64,000 nucleotides of DNA from Candidatus Kaiserbacteria bacterium (GTDB lineage Bacteria > Patescibacteriota > Minisyncoccia > Phycocordibacterales > Phycocordibacteraceae), in contig JAPLWI010000013.1 in the NCBI GenBank assembly GCA_026396675.1, positions 1,218 through 65,217 on the forward strand, read 5' to 3'. The position numbers and the translations under genes were made by a program. Shown piece after piece: positions 20,168 through 28,678 of the stretch. The notes under the pieces are model-generated. The model did not search any database and was not told the origin of the DNA. It worked only from the letters and a program-made list of their open reading frames with translations. The number at the start of each line of letters is the position of its first letter. Position 1 is the stretch's first letter.

Positions 20168-20704
20168 ATGACATCCTCGTTCAGCGAGCCAAGAGAGAAT
20201 GTGTTGCAGTTAGGTTTGCGCGAAGGAATGAAGGTCGCCGACTTCGGTGCTGGTTCCGGTCACTATGCGCGCGCGGCGGCGGCAGTTGTGGGGCAGGAAG
20301 GAAAGGTTTATGCGATTGATATACAAGAGAATGTTCTAAAACACTTAAAGATTAATACACACTTAGCGCATCGCGGCACCATTGATACTATCTGGGGCAA
20401 TATTGAAAAGCCAGGCGGTACACATTTACGCGACGCGTCGCTTGATGCTGTTATTCTAGCCAATACGCTTTTCCAAATTGATAACCATTCCGAATTGCTT
20501 GGTGAGATACGGCGCGTTCTGAAGCCGGGCGGCAAGTTGATGATCATTGACTGGGCTGGAAGTTACGGCGGTATAGGTCCTGTTCCTGAAAAAGTAGTGA
20601 CCGAGCATGAGGCCGAAGCACTTTTTATCAATGGCGGCTTTCATAAGGTGAAATCATTCCGCGCCGGGCCGCACCATTACGGGATTTTATTCACAGCACC
20701 CTAA
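20168..20704 (+). CDS. Class I SAM-dependent methyltransferase
   Basis: VADFGAGSGHY motif I, LKPGGKLMIIDW. Start at the internal Met (MTSSF). Confidence 0.75.
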   Translation: MTSSFSEPRENVLQLGLREGMKVADFGAGSGHYARAAAAVVGQEGKVYAIDIQENVLKHLKINTHLAHRGTIDTIWGNIEKPGGTHLRDASLDAVILANTLFQIDNHSELLGEIRRVLKPGGKLMIIDWAGSYGGIGPVPEKVVTEHEAEALFINGGFHKVKSFRAGPHHYGILFTAP

Positions 20705-20707
20705 TCT

Positions 20708-22009
20708 ATGAAAATTTCTCTCTTCCAAGGTATTTTGTTCGGCGTATTCGGTCTCGCCGCACTCATCGGTCTTTTTGTTTTCGCGACTTATACAGGTAAG
20801 AGCAGTAGCAGCAGCGGGATCGGAACGGTTGTAATCTGGGGCACGTTGCCGAAAGATTCCATGAACACTATGTTCACTAACCTCGCACAAAAAGACACGA
20901 CTCTGAAGAGCGTTTCGTATGTGCAAAAGGACTCAGCGACACTTCCGAATGATCTCGCTTCCGCGATAGCGACCGGCTCCGCGCCGGATCTCGTTCTGGA
21001 CTCGCAGGAAAATCTGTTCGCACTCGCGAAGTTCATCACACCAATATCGTCGGCAACACTTCCAGCGTCCACATTTACGAGTTCATTTATAGAGGAAGGA
21101 AATCTTTTCGCGTCGTCTGGCGGCTACTACGGGATACCATTTTTGGTTGATCCGCTAGTACTATTTTCAAATCGTTCGATTCTATCTTCTGCCGGCATCG
21201 CGAAACCACCAGCAACATGGGAAGCATTGATTGGTCTAGTTCCGAATGTCGCCGTTCTCTCGACTTCACGACAAATTACGCGCGGACTTATCGCACTCGG
21301 CACCTACAGCAATGTTCACAATGCGCGCGGGATTCTCTCCGCACTCTTCCTCCAAACTAAGCTGCCCATTTCCGCTTATTCTTCAGGCGGCGTTTTTACT
21401 GCTAATCTCGGATCGAATTCTTCGAACAGCGGGCAGCCAGGTAAAGCGGTTGTCGGCTTCTATACACAATTCGCCGATTCTTCAAAGGTCTCGTATACCT
21501 GGAATGCCTCGCTAAATGATTCTCAACAAGCGTTTCTCTCCGGAGATCTCGCGCTCTATCTCGGTTATGCGTCTGAAGCGAGATATTTCACAGCAGCGAA
21601 TCCGAATCTTAACTTTAGTGTTACGCCTCTCCCACAACCGGCAACGGCCACGACGAAGAGCACTTATGGTCTCGTTTACGCATTTATGATTCCGAACGGA
21701 GCGAAGAATGCATCAGGGGCATATCAGGCAGCTGCACTTCTTACTAATTCAGCTGAACAGACCGTCGCGGCATCTGCGACAGGACTCGCACCATCCGCCC
21801 TGAATAATCTTTCCGTCGTCCCTTCTGGTTCTACTGCCGCAGTCGCGTATGCCGAAGCACTCTACGCGAAAGGTTGGCTGTCCCCAGCACCCGCCGCAGT
21901 GGACTCAATTTTCTCTAGTATGATTAACAGCGTGACCAGTGGCCGCTCTACAATTGACACAGCACTTGTTTCCGCCGAAAGCTCGTTGAGTCAACTTCTG
22001 CAACAATGA
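20708..22009 (+). CDS. Membrane-anchored extracellular solute-binding-protein-like protein (SBP family 1-like)
   Basis: N-terminal TM, VVIWGTLPKDSM..., AIATGSAPDLVLDSQ, ATWEALIG - resembles ABC sugar SBPs. No cognate permease is adjacent. Confidence 0.5.
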   Translation: MKISLFQGILFGVFGLAALIGLFVFATYTGKSSSSSGIGTVVIWGTLPKDSMNTMFTNLAQKDTTLKSVSYVQKDSATLPNDLASAIATGSAPDLVLDSQENLFALAKFITPISSATLPASTFTSSFIEEGNLFASSGGYYGIPFLVDPLVLFSNRSILSSAGIAKPPATWEALIGLVPNVAVLSTSRQITRGLIALGTYSNVHNARGILSALFLQTKLPISAYSSGGVFTANLGSNSSNSGQPGKAVVGFYTQFADSSKVSYTWNASLNDSQQAFLSGDLALYLGYASEARYFTAANPNLNFSVTPLPQPATATTKSTYGLVYAFMIPNGAKNASGAYQAAALLTNSAEQTVAASATGLAPSALNNLSVVPSGSTAAVAYAEALYAKGWLSPAPAAVDSIFSSMINSVTSGRSTIDTALVSAESSLSQLLQQ

Positions 22010-23112
22010 AAACGCACTTTTTCGTCATCGCTTTCTTTGCGCTTTTCGTATTTGCGCCGGCGGCGTTCGCTGCAGGCAGTCCAAACGGTAGCGCCTGTTC
22101 ATCTTCTTCGGAATGCTCTGGGGGATTTTGTAACTCGGACACTTCTAATCCAAACAGTATGTATGGAGTATGTGCTTCTAGTGCCGCAAAGACCCAGACG
22201 ACTGGTGTTGATACTTCTAAAACACAAACGACCGGTGTCGATACAACCGGTCAGAATGTTACGCTCATCAATCCTCTCGGTGCGGGAACCAATATTGAAA
22301 CCCTCATCAATCAAATTTTGGCGTTTGTCGTGCGCATTGGCGCCATCATCGTTATTCTGATGTTGGTCTATGTTGGTTTCCTATTCGTTACTGCAAAAGG
22401 AAATGAATCAAAAATTATTGAAGCGCGTCAAGCGCTTCTCTGGACCATCATTGGCGCGCTTATTCTACTTGGTGCGCAGGTAATATCTCTCGGTATTCAG
22501 GCAACAGTACAGGCGCTCTCAACTGGCAATGCCAGCACCAATTCAACTATTCCGAGTGCTGGTAGTTTAACTTTCCCTGGTGCCAGTAGTTTCAGTGGCG
22601 GCACCGTAACAACAGCAACGCAGCAGACCTATGCAAACGCAATAAATCAAGCGCAGAATGCATTCAATACCGCTTGTTCGCAATATGGTAATACAAGCAA
22701 CGAGTGCAAGTCAGCAGGAGCGACTCTCCAACAAGTGGTGCAGAACTTAAGTAATGCAAGCGGGGGCACTTTAGGAGGAGCACTTGGAACAGTAACTTCT
22801 GCCATTAAATCAGTAACATCAGGGACAGGATCGCTAAACACAATAAACTCGGCTGTCGGCTCGTTAACTTCAAAAGCCAAAGCATTGTTTGGCGGGAGCG
22901 GTAGTGAATTTGACGACCCGAAGAATGGTGTTGATTATGCAGCACCCCCAGACACTAGTTCCTACGATAATAATACTGATTACACAGCTCCTGACACCAG
23001 TGCCTACGATAATAGTACTGATTACACAGCTCCTGACACCAGTGGCGACAACCAAAGCAGTTATGAGGCACCTACTGACACTACTGACACTAGCAACGAC
23101 TACTATTATTAA
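22006..23112 (+). CDS. Secreted Cys-rich protein carrying the conserved double-TM (pilin-like) module plus a C-terminal YxxTDYTAPDTS repeat tail
   Basis: Signal peptide, CSSSSECSGGFC, central module LINQILAFVV...LLWTIIGALILLG, then 36-bp tandem DNA repeats at about 22960-23045. Confidence 0.6.
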   Translation: MKTHFFVIAFFALFVFAPAAFAAGSPNGSACSSSSECSGGFCNSDTSNPNSMYGVCASSAAKTQTTGVDTSKTQTTGVDTTGQNVTLINPLGAGTNIETLINQILAFVVRIGAIIVILMLVYVGFLFVTAKGNESKIIEARQALLWTIIGALILLGAQVISLGIQATVQALSTGNASTNSTIPSAGSLTFPGASSFSGGTVTTATQQTYANAINQAQNAFNTACSQYGNTSNECKSAGATLQQVVQNLSNASGGTLGGALGTVTSAIKSVTSGTGSLNTINSAVGSLTSKAKALFGGSGSEFDDPKNGVDYAAPPDTSSYDNNTDYTAPDTSAYDNSTDYTAPDTSGDNQSSYEAPTDTTDTSNDYYY

Positions 23113-23114
23113 TT

Positions 23115-23384
23115 ATGACCTTCGCCCAATTCGTCGGCAGTAGTACCACGGGAATCATCGGCATTTTAAACACGGTTGTTATCCCGATTATCCTCGCGTT
23201 CGCCTTTTTCGCTTTCGTCTGGGGAGTTCTGAATTATTTCTTTTTCAGCAATCGCGGCGATGAAGAAAAATTGAAAGAAGGTCGCCAATTTATCTTTTGG
23301 GGCATTCTCGGAATAGTTGTGCTTTTCTCAATCTGGGGATTCTTGAATCTTTTGTTATCCACGCTCGGTATCACGCCCACCTAA
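23115..23384 (+). CDS. Double-TM pilin-like small protein (paralog family)
   Basis: VVIPIILAFAFFAFVWG ... EEKLKEGRQFIFWGILGIVVLFSIWGFLN. Confidence 0.65.
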   Translation: MTFAQFVGSSTTGIIGILNTVVIPIILAFAFFAFVWGVLNYFFFSNRGDEEKLKEGRQFIFWGILGIVVLFSIWGFLNLLLSTLGITPT

Positions 23385-23406
23385 TAACGTGTCATACTGC
23401 TAACAT

Positions 23407-23865
23407 ATGAGAATAAAACCAATCGTCTACAGTGTTCTCCTCGCGTCTGCGATGCTCTTCGCGCCAGCGTTTGTTTCCGCCGACTCAGTTGTCGGTGGTG
23501 TTTCAAATTCCGGCGGCTTTTTAGGCGTTTCTGGATCAAGTGGTTTCTTCGGTATTTCAATCGGTAGTGGCACCGGATGCATGGGTTCTATCTGCGCACT
23601 CGGGAATACGATTCTCTATCTTATAAATTATGTCTTAGTGCCGGTTCTTTTCGCTCTCGCTTTTATCGCATTTCTCTACGGCATCGCAAGAGCGTACATA
23701 TTCTCCAATGGAGAGCCAGAAGAAGTGAAAAAGGGCCATAGGCTCGTACTCTGGGGCATTGTTGGCTTCGTCGTGATGATTTCACTTTGGGGATTGGTGA
23801 ATGTCGCTGCGAGTACATTTGGTCTCGGCGGCTACGGCGCACCGATGTTGCCGATGTCTTATTAA
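23407..23865 (+). CDS. Double-TM pilin-like protein with Gly/Ser-rich N-terminal region (paralog family)
   Basis: Signal peptide, then LVPVLFALAFIAFLYG...EEVKKGHRLVLWGIVGFVVMISLWGLVN. Confidence 0.65.
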   Translation: MRIKPIVYSVLLASAMLFAPAFVSADSVVGGVSNSGGFLGVSGSSGFFGISIGSGTGCMGSICALGNTILYLINYVLVPVLFALAFIAFLYGIARAYIFSNGEPEEVKKGHRLVLWGIVGFVVMISLWGLVNVAASTFGLGGYGAPMLPMSY

Positions 23866-23874
23866 AATATATTT

Positions 23875-24807
23875 ATGAATGGAATCAATCCAACCTATAT
23901 TCAGGGCTACGCTAGTAGTATCACCGGCATAATTAACGGCATTCTCGTGCCCGTATTAATCTCCATAGCGTTTATTGTCTTTCTTTGGGGTATTTATAAT
24001 TATTTCATCAAAGGCGCTGACAATGAAGAGGCGCGTAAGACGGGTAAAACCTTTGCGCTCTACGGCATCATTGGTTTCGTCGTTTTGTTTTCGGTCTGGG
24101 GCATCGTGCAGATTTTTATGGGAACACTCGGACTCACTGCTGGAAATGTTCCTGCATTCCCATTGATTGGCACAGGCAGTGGCTCATCGGTAAATCCGGC
24201 GTACGGCACTACCGGCTCCGGAACGACTTTCCCCGGAGCTGGTACTTCTGGAGGAACCACAGGCACAGTCATTAAGGGCGGTTCGTGTACATCTGACAGT
24301 AGCTGTTCTGCAAATCTCGTTTGTACAAGCGGCACCTGCGTTCTTCCGATTGGCTCGAATGGATGCGCAGCAGGTTCAACTATTGGTGACTACGGCGGTT
24401 GTGTTCCTGTGAGTTCTAACAGCGTCTCTAGAGGCGGGTCATGTGCAACCAACAGTGATTGCTCTGCAAATCTCGTTTGTACCAATAACGCTTGCGTCTT
24501 GCCAACCGAATCTAATGGATGTGCGGTAGGTTCAACGCTAGACGATTATGGTGGTTGTGTCCCAGTTAGTTCAAACAGTGTCTCCCAAGGTGGTTCCTGT
24601 GCTTCAGACAGTGATTGCTCCGGTGGTCTTACTTGCAGCCAAAACACTTGTGTCATGACCACTGGCTCGAACGGGTGTGCAACTGGTTATGTCCTGGATG
24701 ACTACGGCGGATGTGTTCCAAATGATAACCAAAGTAATTACGAAGTGCCTCCCGATAACTACAATCCTGATAACCAAAGTAATTACGAAGTGCCTTCCGA
24801 TAACTAA
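23875..24807 (+). CDS. Double-TM pilin-like module fused to three ~52-aa Cys-rich repeats (adhesin-like)
   Basis: ILVPVLISIAFIVFLWG...GKTFALYGIIGFVVLFSVWGIV, then 3 x (GGSC.SDSDCS.NLVCT...SNGCA.GST.DDYGGCVPV), then NQSNYEVP repeats. Confidence 0.65.
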   Translation: MNGINPTYIQGYASSITGIINGILVPVLISIAFIVFLWGIYNYFIKGADNEEARKTGKTFALYGIIGFVVLFSVWGIVQIFMGTLGLTAGNVPAFPLIGTGSGSSVNPAYGTTGSGTTFPGAGTSGGTTGTVIKGGSCTSDSSCSANLVCTSGTCVLPIGSNGCAAGSTIGDYGGCVPVSSNSVSRGGSCATNSDCSANLVCTNNACVLPTESNGCAVGSTLDDYGGCVPVSSNSVSQGGSCASDSDCSGGLTCSQNTCVMTTGSNGCATGYVLDDYGGCVPNDNQSNYEVPPDNYNPDNQSNYEVPSDN

Positions 24808-24933
24808 TCAAGACACTACCGACTGCAACAGCAACGATGTTGGATTTTAAAAGATTATCCACAAACCTTCCGAAAACGCATTGACCGTTCCAACAGAAAC
24901 GCTACAATTATCTTGTTATTCATTATATATATT

Positions 24934-25302
24934 ATGAAAAAAGCCCTTATCATTTCTTCGCTCGCACTCGCTTTGCCGCTAGTTTCATTTGCCGCCATCA
25001 GCAATATCTCTGACGCCGGTTCATTCATTATCAATACCATAAATAATATTCTCGTTCCGGTTCTTTTCGCCATCGCGTTCATCGTATTCCTTTGGGGTGC
25101 GTTCCAGGCATTCATCCTTGGCGCCAACAGCGATGAAGTAAAAACAAAAGGTAAGAACCTTATGCTCTGGGGACTCATCGGCTTCGTCGTGATGCTTTCG
25201 GTCTGGGGTCTGGTGAATATCTTGACTGGCACTTTAAGTTTCGGCAATTCTTCAGGACCGACCGGCGGAGTGCCGCAAGCGGGAGTCCAAGTTGGCGGAT
25301 AA
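24934..25302 (+). CDS. Double-TM pilin-like small protein (paralog family)
   Basis: Signal peptide, then ILVPVLFAIAFIVFLWG...KGKNLMLWGLIGFVVMLSVWGLVN. Confidence 0.65.
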   Translation: MKKALIISSLALALPLVSFAAISNISDAGSFIINTINNILVPVLFAIAFIVFLWGAFQAFILGANSDEVKTKGKNLMLWGLIGFVVMLSVWGLVNILTGTLSFGNSSGPTGGVPQAGVQVGG

Positions 25303-25305
25303 ACA

Positions 25306-25566
25306 ATGTCCGTTTTGAACGCATTCCTCTCGAAGGTTGTCATACAGATTGTCAATCCGATAATTCTGCTCCTGTCTTCGGGCGCCTTTATTGTCTTCAT
25401 TTGGGGTATCTTTGAATTTATTGCGCATGCTGGAGATGCGAAGAAGCGTGAAGAGGGTCGCAAGGCAATTTTCTGGGGTCTGATTGGCCTCGTTATCATA
25501 TTCGGCGCATATGGAATCATTAATGTCGCGCTCGGTACTTTCAATCTCACACAAATAACAAAATAA
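25306..25566 (+). CDS. Double-TM pilin-like small protein (paralog family)
   Basis: IVNPIILLLSSGAFIVFIWG...EEGRKAIFWGLIGLVIIFGAYGIIN. Confidence 0.6.
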   Translation: MSVLNAFLSKVVIQIVNPIILLLSSGAFIVFIWGIFEFIAHAGDAKKREEGRKAIFWGLIGLVIIFGAYGIINVALGTFNLTQITK

Positions 25567-25574
25567 AATAATAA

Positions 25575-25605
25575 AGGCCTGCACAACCGTGCAGGCCTTT
25601 TGTTA
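25575..25605. terminator. Bidirectional terminator
   Basis: AAAGGCCTGCAC-AACC-GTGCAGGCCTTTTGTT. Confidence 0.65.
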
Positions 25606-25612
25606 ACAAAGA

Positions 25613-26314
25613 TCATTTCTTTACTCGTGCATACGAGACGATAATTTCTTTTTCCGTCTCATTATGCACGTACACCTCCAACATAGGCCCATCACCACAT
25701 GGATTCGTAGTGGAACCCACTATTCCCTCCGGTCGGCCATCTCTGTAGACACAGTGAGTGGTGAACCCGTCGCCGGTGAATATTACATTGTGGCCGGGTT
25801 GCGAATTGATTCGCGCATTACCACCCGCTGGGACTTTTAACGTCCCACTGTTGTCATGCGACGAAATCCCAGAATGCGAACTTATGTGCGAGCTGGATGG
25901 GGTATTGACCCATCCTATAAAGCCGAACCAAGCAGGGAAGCCGATGAAGATCATAAGTAGCGCCCCCACCAGCAACCAGTTGAGAATCTTCGTCGCTTTC
26001 CCCAACGTTTGCGCGTTGAGCGCGACGATTGTGAAGAGTATTCCGAAGAACACTCCGAGCGAGACCCAATGATCCCAGCTCCAGCCGCCAATCTTCGCGA
26101 GTTGCAGCCCAGGAGCGTAAAGTTTCCAGAAGAAAAGTATCGCGCCGAAGAGTGCGAGCGCTATGCTCCACTCGATTTTCGACCTCTTCATCCAACCGAA
26201 CCTGCCGTTTCCGTTCGTGTTTGTTGGGACGGCTGTTGTTCCTGTTGGTGTCTTTCCCATTCGCCTATCTATCTCTTCTTGTTTTTTTTCTTTTGCTTTT
26301 GATATCAATGTCAT
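25613..26314 (-). CDS. Hypothetical membrane protein with extracellular C-terminal domain
   Basis: Three TM helices, then a Ser/His-rich linker and a Cys-containing domain. Confidence 0.45.
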   Translation of the reverse strand: MTLISKAKEKKQEEIDRRMGKTPTGTTAVPTNTNGNGRFGWMKRSKIEWSIALALFGAILFFWKLYAPGLQLAKIGGWSWDHWVSLGVFFGILFTIVALNAQTLGKATKILNWLLVGALLMIFIGFPAWFGFIGWVNTPSSSHISSHSGISSHDNSGTLKVPAGGNARINSQPGHNVIFTGDGFTTHCVYRDGRPEGIVGSTTNPCGDGPMLEVYVHNETEKEIIVSYARVKK

Positions 26315-27594
26315 TTTTCGTCACCCCCTTCCGTTAGTTTTCCCAACGCCTTTGCAACAATAGGAATAAGTGGGTTATTTGCCCAAATGACCGTGTTGCC
26401 AGCGCCCTTTGACGCCTCTTGCATTGCATCGAGTTGAGCGAGCAATTCTCCAGAAGGACTCTTTTCGATGATCGCGAGTCGCGCCGCTAAAGCTGCAGCT
26501 TCTTTTTTCCCGATCATTTCAATTACATCGGCTTTTGCTTGGCCAATAGTGCGCTCTGCTTCCGCATCTTGTTCTGCAGCATACAATCTTGTAGCTGCCG
26601 CTTGGTTCTTTCTTTTTTCTTCATCGTCGCCTGAAAGATCCATTGTTTGTAGGTCAGCGGTGCGTATTTCTACCCCGTACCTACCTTTCAGACCAGAAGG
26701 AGGGATTAATTTTTTGGAAGAATCCTTCTTATCATCTGGCAACTCAGAATTGAGTTCGATGATAGGTTCAGAAAACTTTCTCCAATAGCTCTCGACAGTA
26801 TCTTCATCTTCCGGCTCATTCCCATTCCCGATCTTCTTTTTGGGAGAGATAAGGTCCTGGTAATCGTGGCTTCCGATGAATGTCCTTACGTGCCTGTTGA
26901 TTGCAGCAGTTATTCGCTGCATCCAATCCTCGCCAGAGAATAACGCGCGATATGGGTTACGCACGGCGATTGTTATCTGTGTGAGTACATCAACAGGGAG
27001 ACGGTCTCTTGTCTCAGCTCCAATGGTTCTGATGGCGTAGATGAAGTCAGCGACATAGATAAAATCGGTTGCTTCTGCTCTTGGCAGAAGTACGATATCG
27101 CCATTTTTATTCGTTTGTGTTTCATTCCATTCGAAGCCATAAACATAAACATTTTTATTAGTCCATGGCCAGCCGACCCAGAAGAGGCCGAGTTTCTTGA
27201 AGAATTTCGAACGATCGTCGTAGGAACTATCTCGGTGATCATCGAATCCTTTTTTGTTATCCTTGCCATGATAGACAATTTCCCAGTCGGGAAGTTTTGT
27301 TACTTCCTTTTCTTCTTCCTCTGTTAGGATTTTCCCCTCTTCTATCACTCTGCCGTCTTTGTCGAGACGGGAATGATACCATTTCTTTCTTGGGTCGTTT
27401 AAGTGATATCCCTCGAAGCTAATGATGAAGTGATCGAAGGAACTGCCTCTCATGATTCCCTTCGAGGTCCCTTCCTTGTCTGTGGTGGCCAAGATACTTT
27501 CTTTAGCGAGCCACATCAGAAAGAGTGGCAGAGCAACTTTGTAAACAACCACTAACGCTATTACCACAATTACTACCACTAACAGATACTCCAT
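26311..27594 (-). CDS. SPFH/band-7 (stomatin/flotillin-like) membrane protein
   Basis: N-terminal TM, central SPFH-like core, C-terminal coiled coil (AAEQDAEAERTIGQAKADVIEM...AAALAARLAII). Confidence 0.6.
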   Translation of the reverse strand: MEYLLVVVIVVIALVVVYKVALPLFLMWLAKESILATTDKEGTSKGIMRGSSFDHFIISFEGYHLNDPRKKWYHSRLDKDGRVIEEGKILTEEEEKEVTKLPDWEIVYHGKDNKKGFDDHRDSSYDDRSKFFKKLGLFWVGWPWTNKNVYVYGFEWNETQTNKNGDIVLLPRAEATDFIYVADFIYAIRTIGAETRDRLPVDVLTQITIAVRNPYRALFSGEDWMQRITAAINRHVRTFIGSHDYQDLISPKKKIGNGNEPEDEDTVESYWRKFSEPIIELNSELPDDKKDSSKKLIPPSGLKGRYGVEIRTADLQTMDLSGDDEEKRKNQAAATRLYAAEQDAEAERTIGQAKADVIEMIGKKEAAALAARLAIIEKSPSGELLAQLDAMQEASKGAGNTVIWANNPLIPIVAKALGKLTEGGDEK

Positions 27595-27708
27595 AACTAC
27601 CTCCTATCCCTTTCGGGAATCTCTTTATTTTCGGTCATTTCAAGGACCTTATTTCTGATGACTATAATACACGAGACGGTGAAAAAGTCAAGGTCTTTGT
27701 AAATGCAG

Positions 27709-27790
27709 TGGGCGAGGAGGGACTTGAACCCTCACCTCTTGCGAGACATGGTCCTAAGCCATGCGCCTATACCAATTCGGCTACTCGCCC
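27709..27790 (-). tRNA. tRNA-Leu (anticodon TAG), CCA encoded
   Basis: Long variable arm, anticodon loop CTTAGGA, T-loop TTCAAGT, acceptor GGGCGAG/CTCGCCC. Confidence 0.8.
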
Positions 27791-27919
27791 AGATATTTCC
27801 GCACCTTTCAAATATACTATGATTTGCTATATTCTAAAGAGGCGCCCATATGTAGGCATATGAGCGCTTCGCTCGACGAGAATAAAATCAAGTGAACTTG
27901 TTTTATTCTGCCTCATTCA

Positions 27920-27992
27920 GCGCCCATAGCTCAGTTGGTAGAGCAGATCCCTCTTAAGGATAAGGTCCCAGGTTCGAGCCCTGGTGGGCGCA
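27920..27992 (+). tRNA. tRNA-Lys (anticodon CTT)
   Basis: GCGCCCA acceptor, D-arm GCTCAGTTGGTAGAGC, anticodon loop CTCTTAA, T-loop TTCGAGC. Confidence 0.8.
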
Positions 27993-28130
27993 CAAATGAG
28001 TCGCATCTACGACATCGCGAATTGGGAAGTCGGTCCAATCACCGCATCGTTACAAAAGAAATATAAAGAAGTCCTTCACGGTGTCGATTCTTATTACAAG
28101 CACCTATTGACGATTCTCAAATAATTTTTG

Positions 28131-28218
28131 TACCGAGGGTGGGACTTGAACCCACACAGGCCGATTTAAGGCCTACAACGTTTTAAGCGTCGCGTGTCTA
28201 CCATTCCACCACCCCGGC
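28131..28218 (-). tRNA. tRNA-Leu (anticodon TAA)
   Basis: Long variable arm, anticodon stem CGACG/CGTTG with loop CTTAAAA, T-loop TTCAAGT. Confidence 0.7.
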
Positions 28219-28259
28219 GCGCTCCCTTATTTGTACCACATCCTTATACCTTTTGTAGG

Positions 28260-28331
28260 AGGCCAGAGCGGGAATTGAACCCGCGCATAGCGCTTTTGCA
28301 GAGCGCCGTGTTACCACTTCACCACCTGGCC
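28260..28331 (-). tRNA. tRNA-Cys (anticodon GCA)
   Basis: Anticodon stem GCGCT/AGCGC with loop CTGCAAA, T-loop TTCAATT. Confidence 0.75.
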
Positions 28332-28345
28332 GTTTGTTAATGATA

Positions 28346-28678
28346 CTACTGCACGCTACCTTCGGGAAGAGATTGTTCGCCATTATCAAGAAGAAAATCA
28401 ACACGCGGAAGAGGAGAGAGGCGCGTATGATTTTTCAAATAATTTGAAAGTGCCTCGCGTTGCCGTTCAAGGAAGGCGAGCGCCGCGTGGGATTTCTCAA
28501 TAGGGAAGACACTTACAAAGACAGTTACTCGCTCGCCGTGTGCGAAGGGTACTGCGCGAATGACTGTGATGAGTGACTCGATACCGGCTTCTCGCGCAAT
28601 AAACTGCGCGGTCTCATGCGCGATAACTTCGACGACACGTTCGCTATGATGTGAAGCTGATTTTCTATCAAGCATCAT
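28346..28678 (-). CDS. rbfA: Ribosome-binding factor A (probable)
   Basis: About 110 aa, immediately downstream of infB, KH-like composition. Weak sequence support. Confidence 0.5.
   Translation of the reverse strand: MMLDRKSASHHSERVVEVIAHETAQFIAREAGIESLITVIRAVPFAHGERVTVFVSVFPIEKSHAALAFLERQREALSNYLKNHTRLSPLPRVDFLLDNGEQSLPEGSVQ

Noticed and set aside
24855-25616. 253-aa minus-strand ORF
   Set aside because: It is antisense to two plus-strand genes whose products align with the four upstream paralogs. It has no motifs and its low-complexity translation is typical of a shadow ORF.
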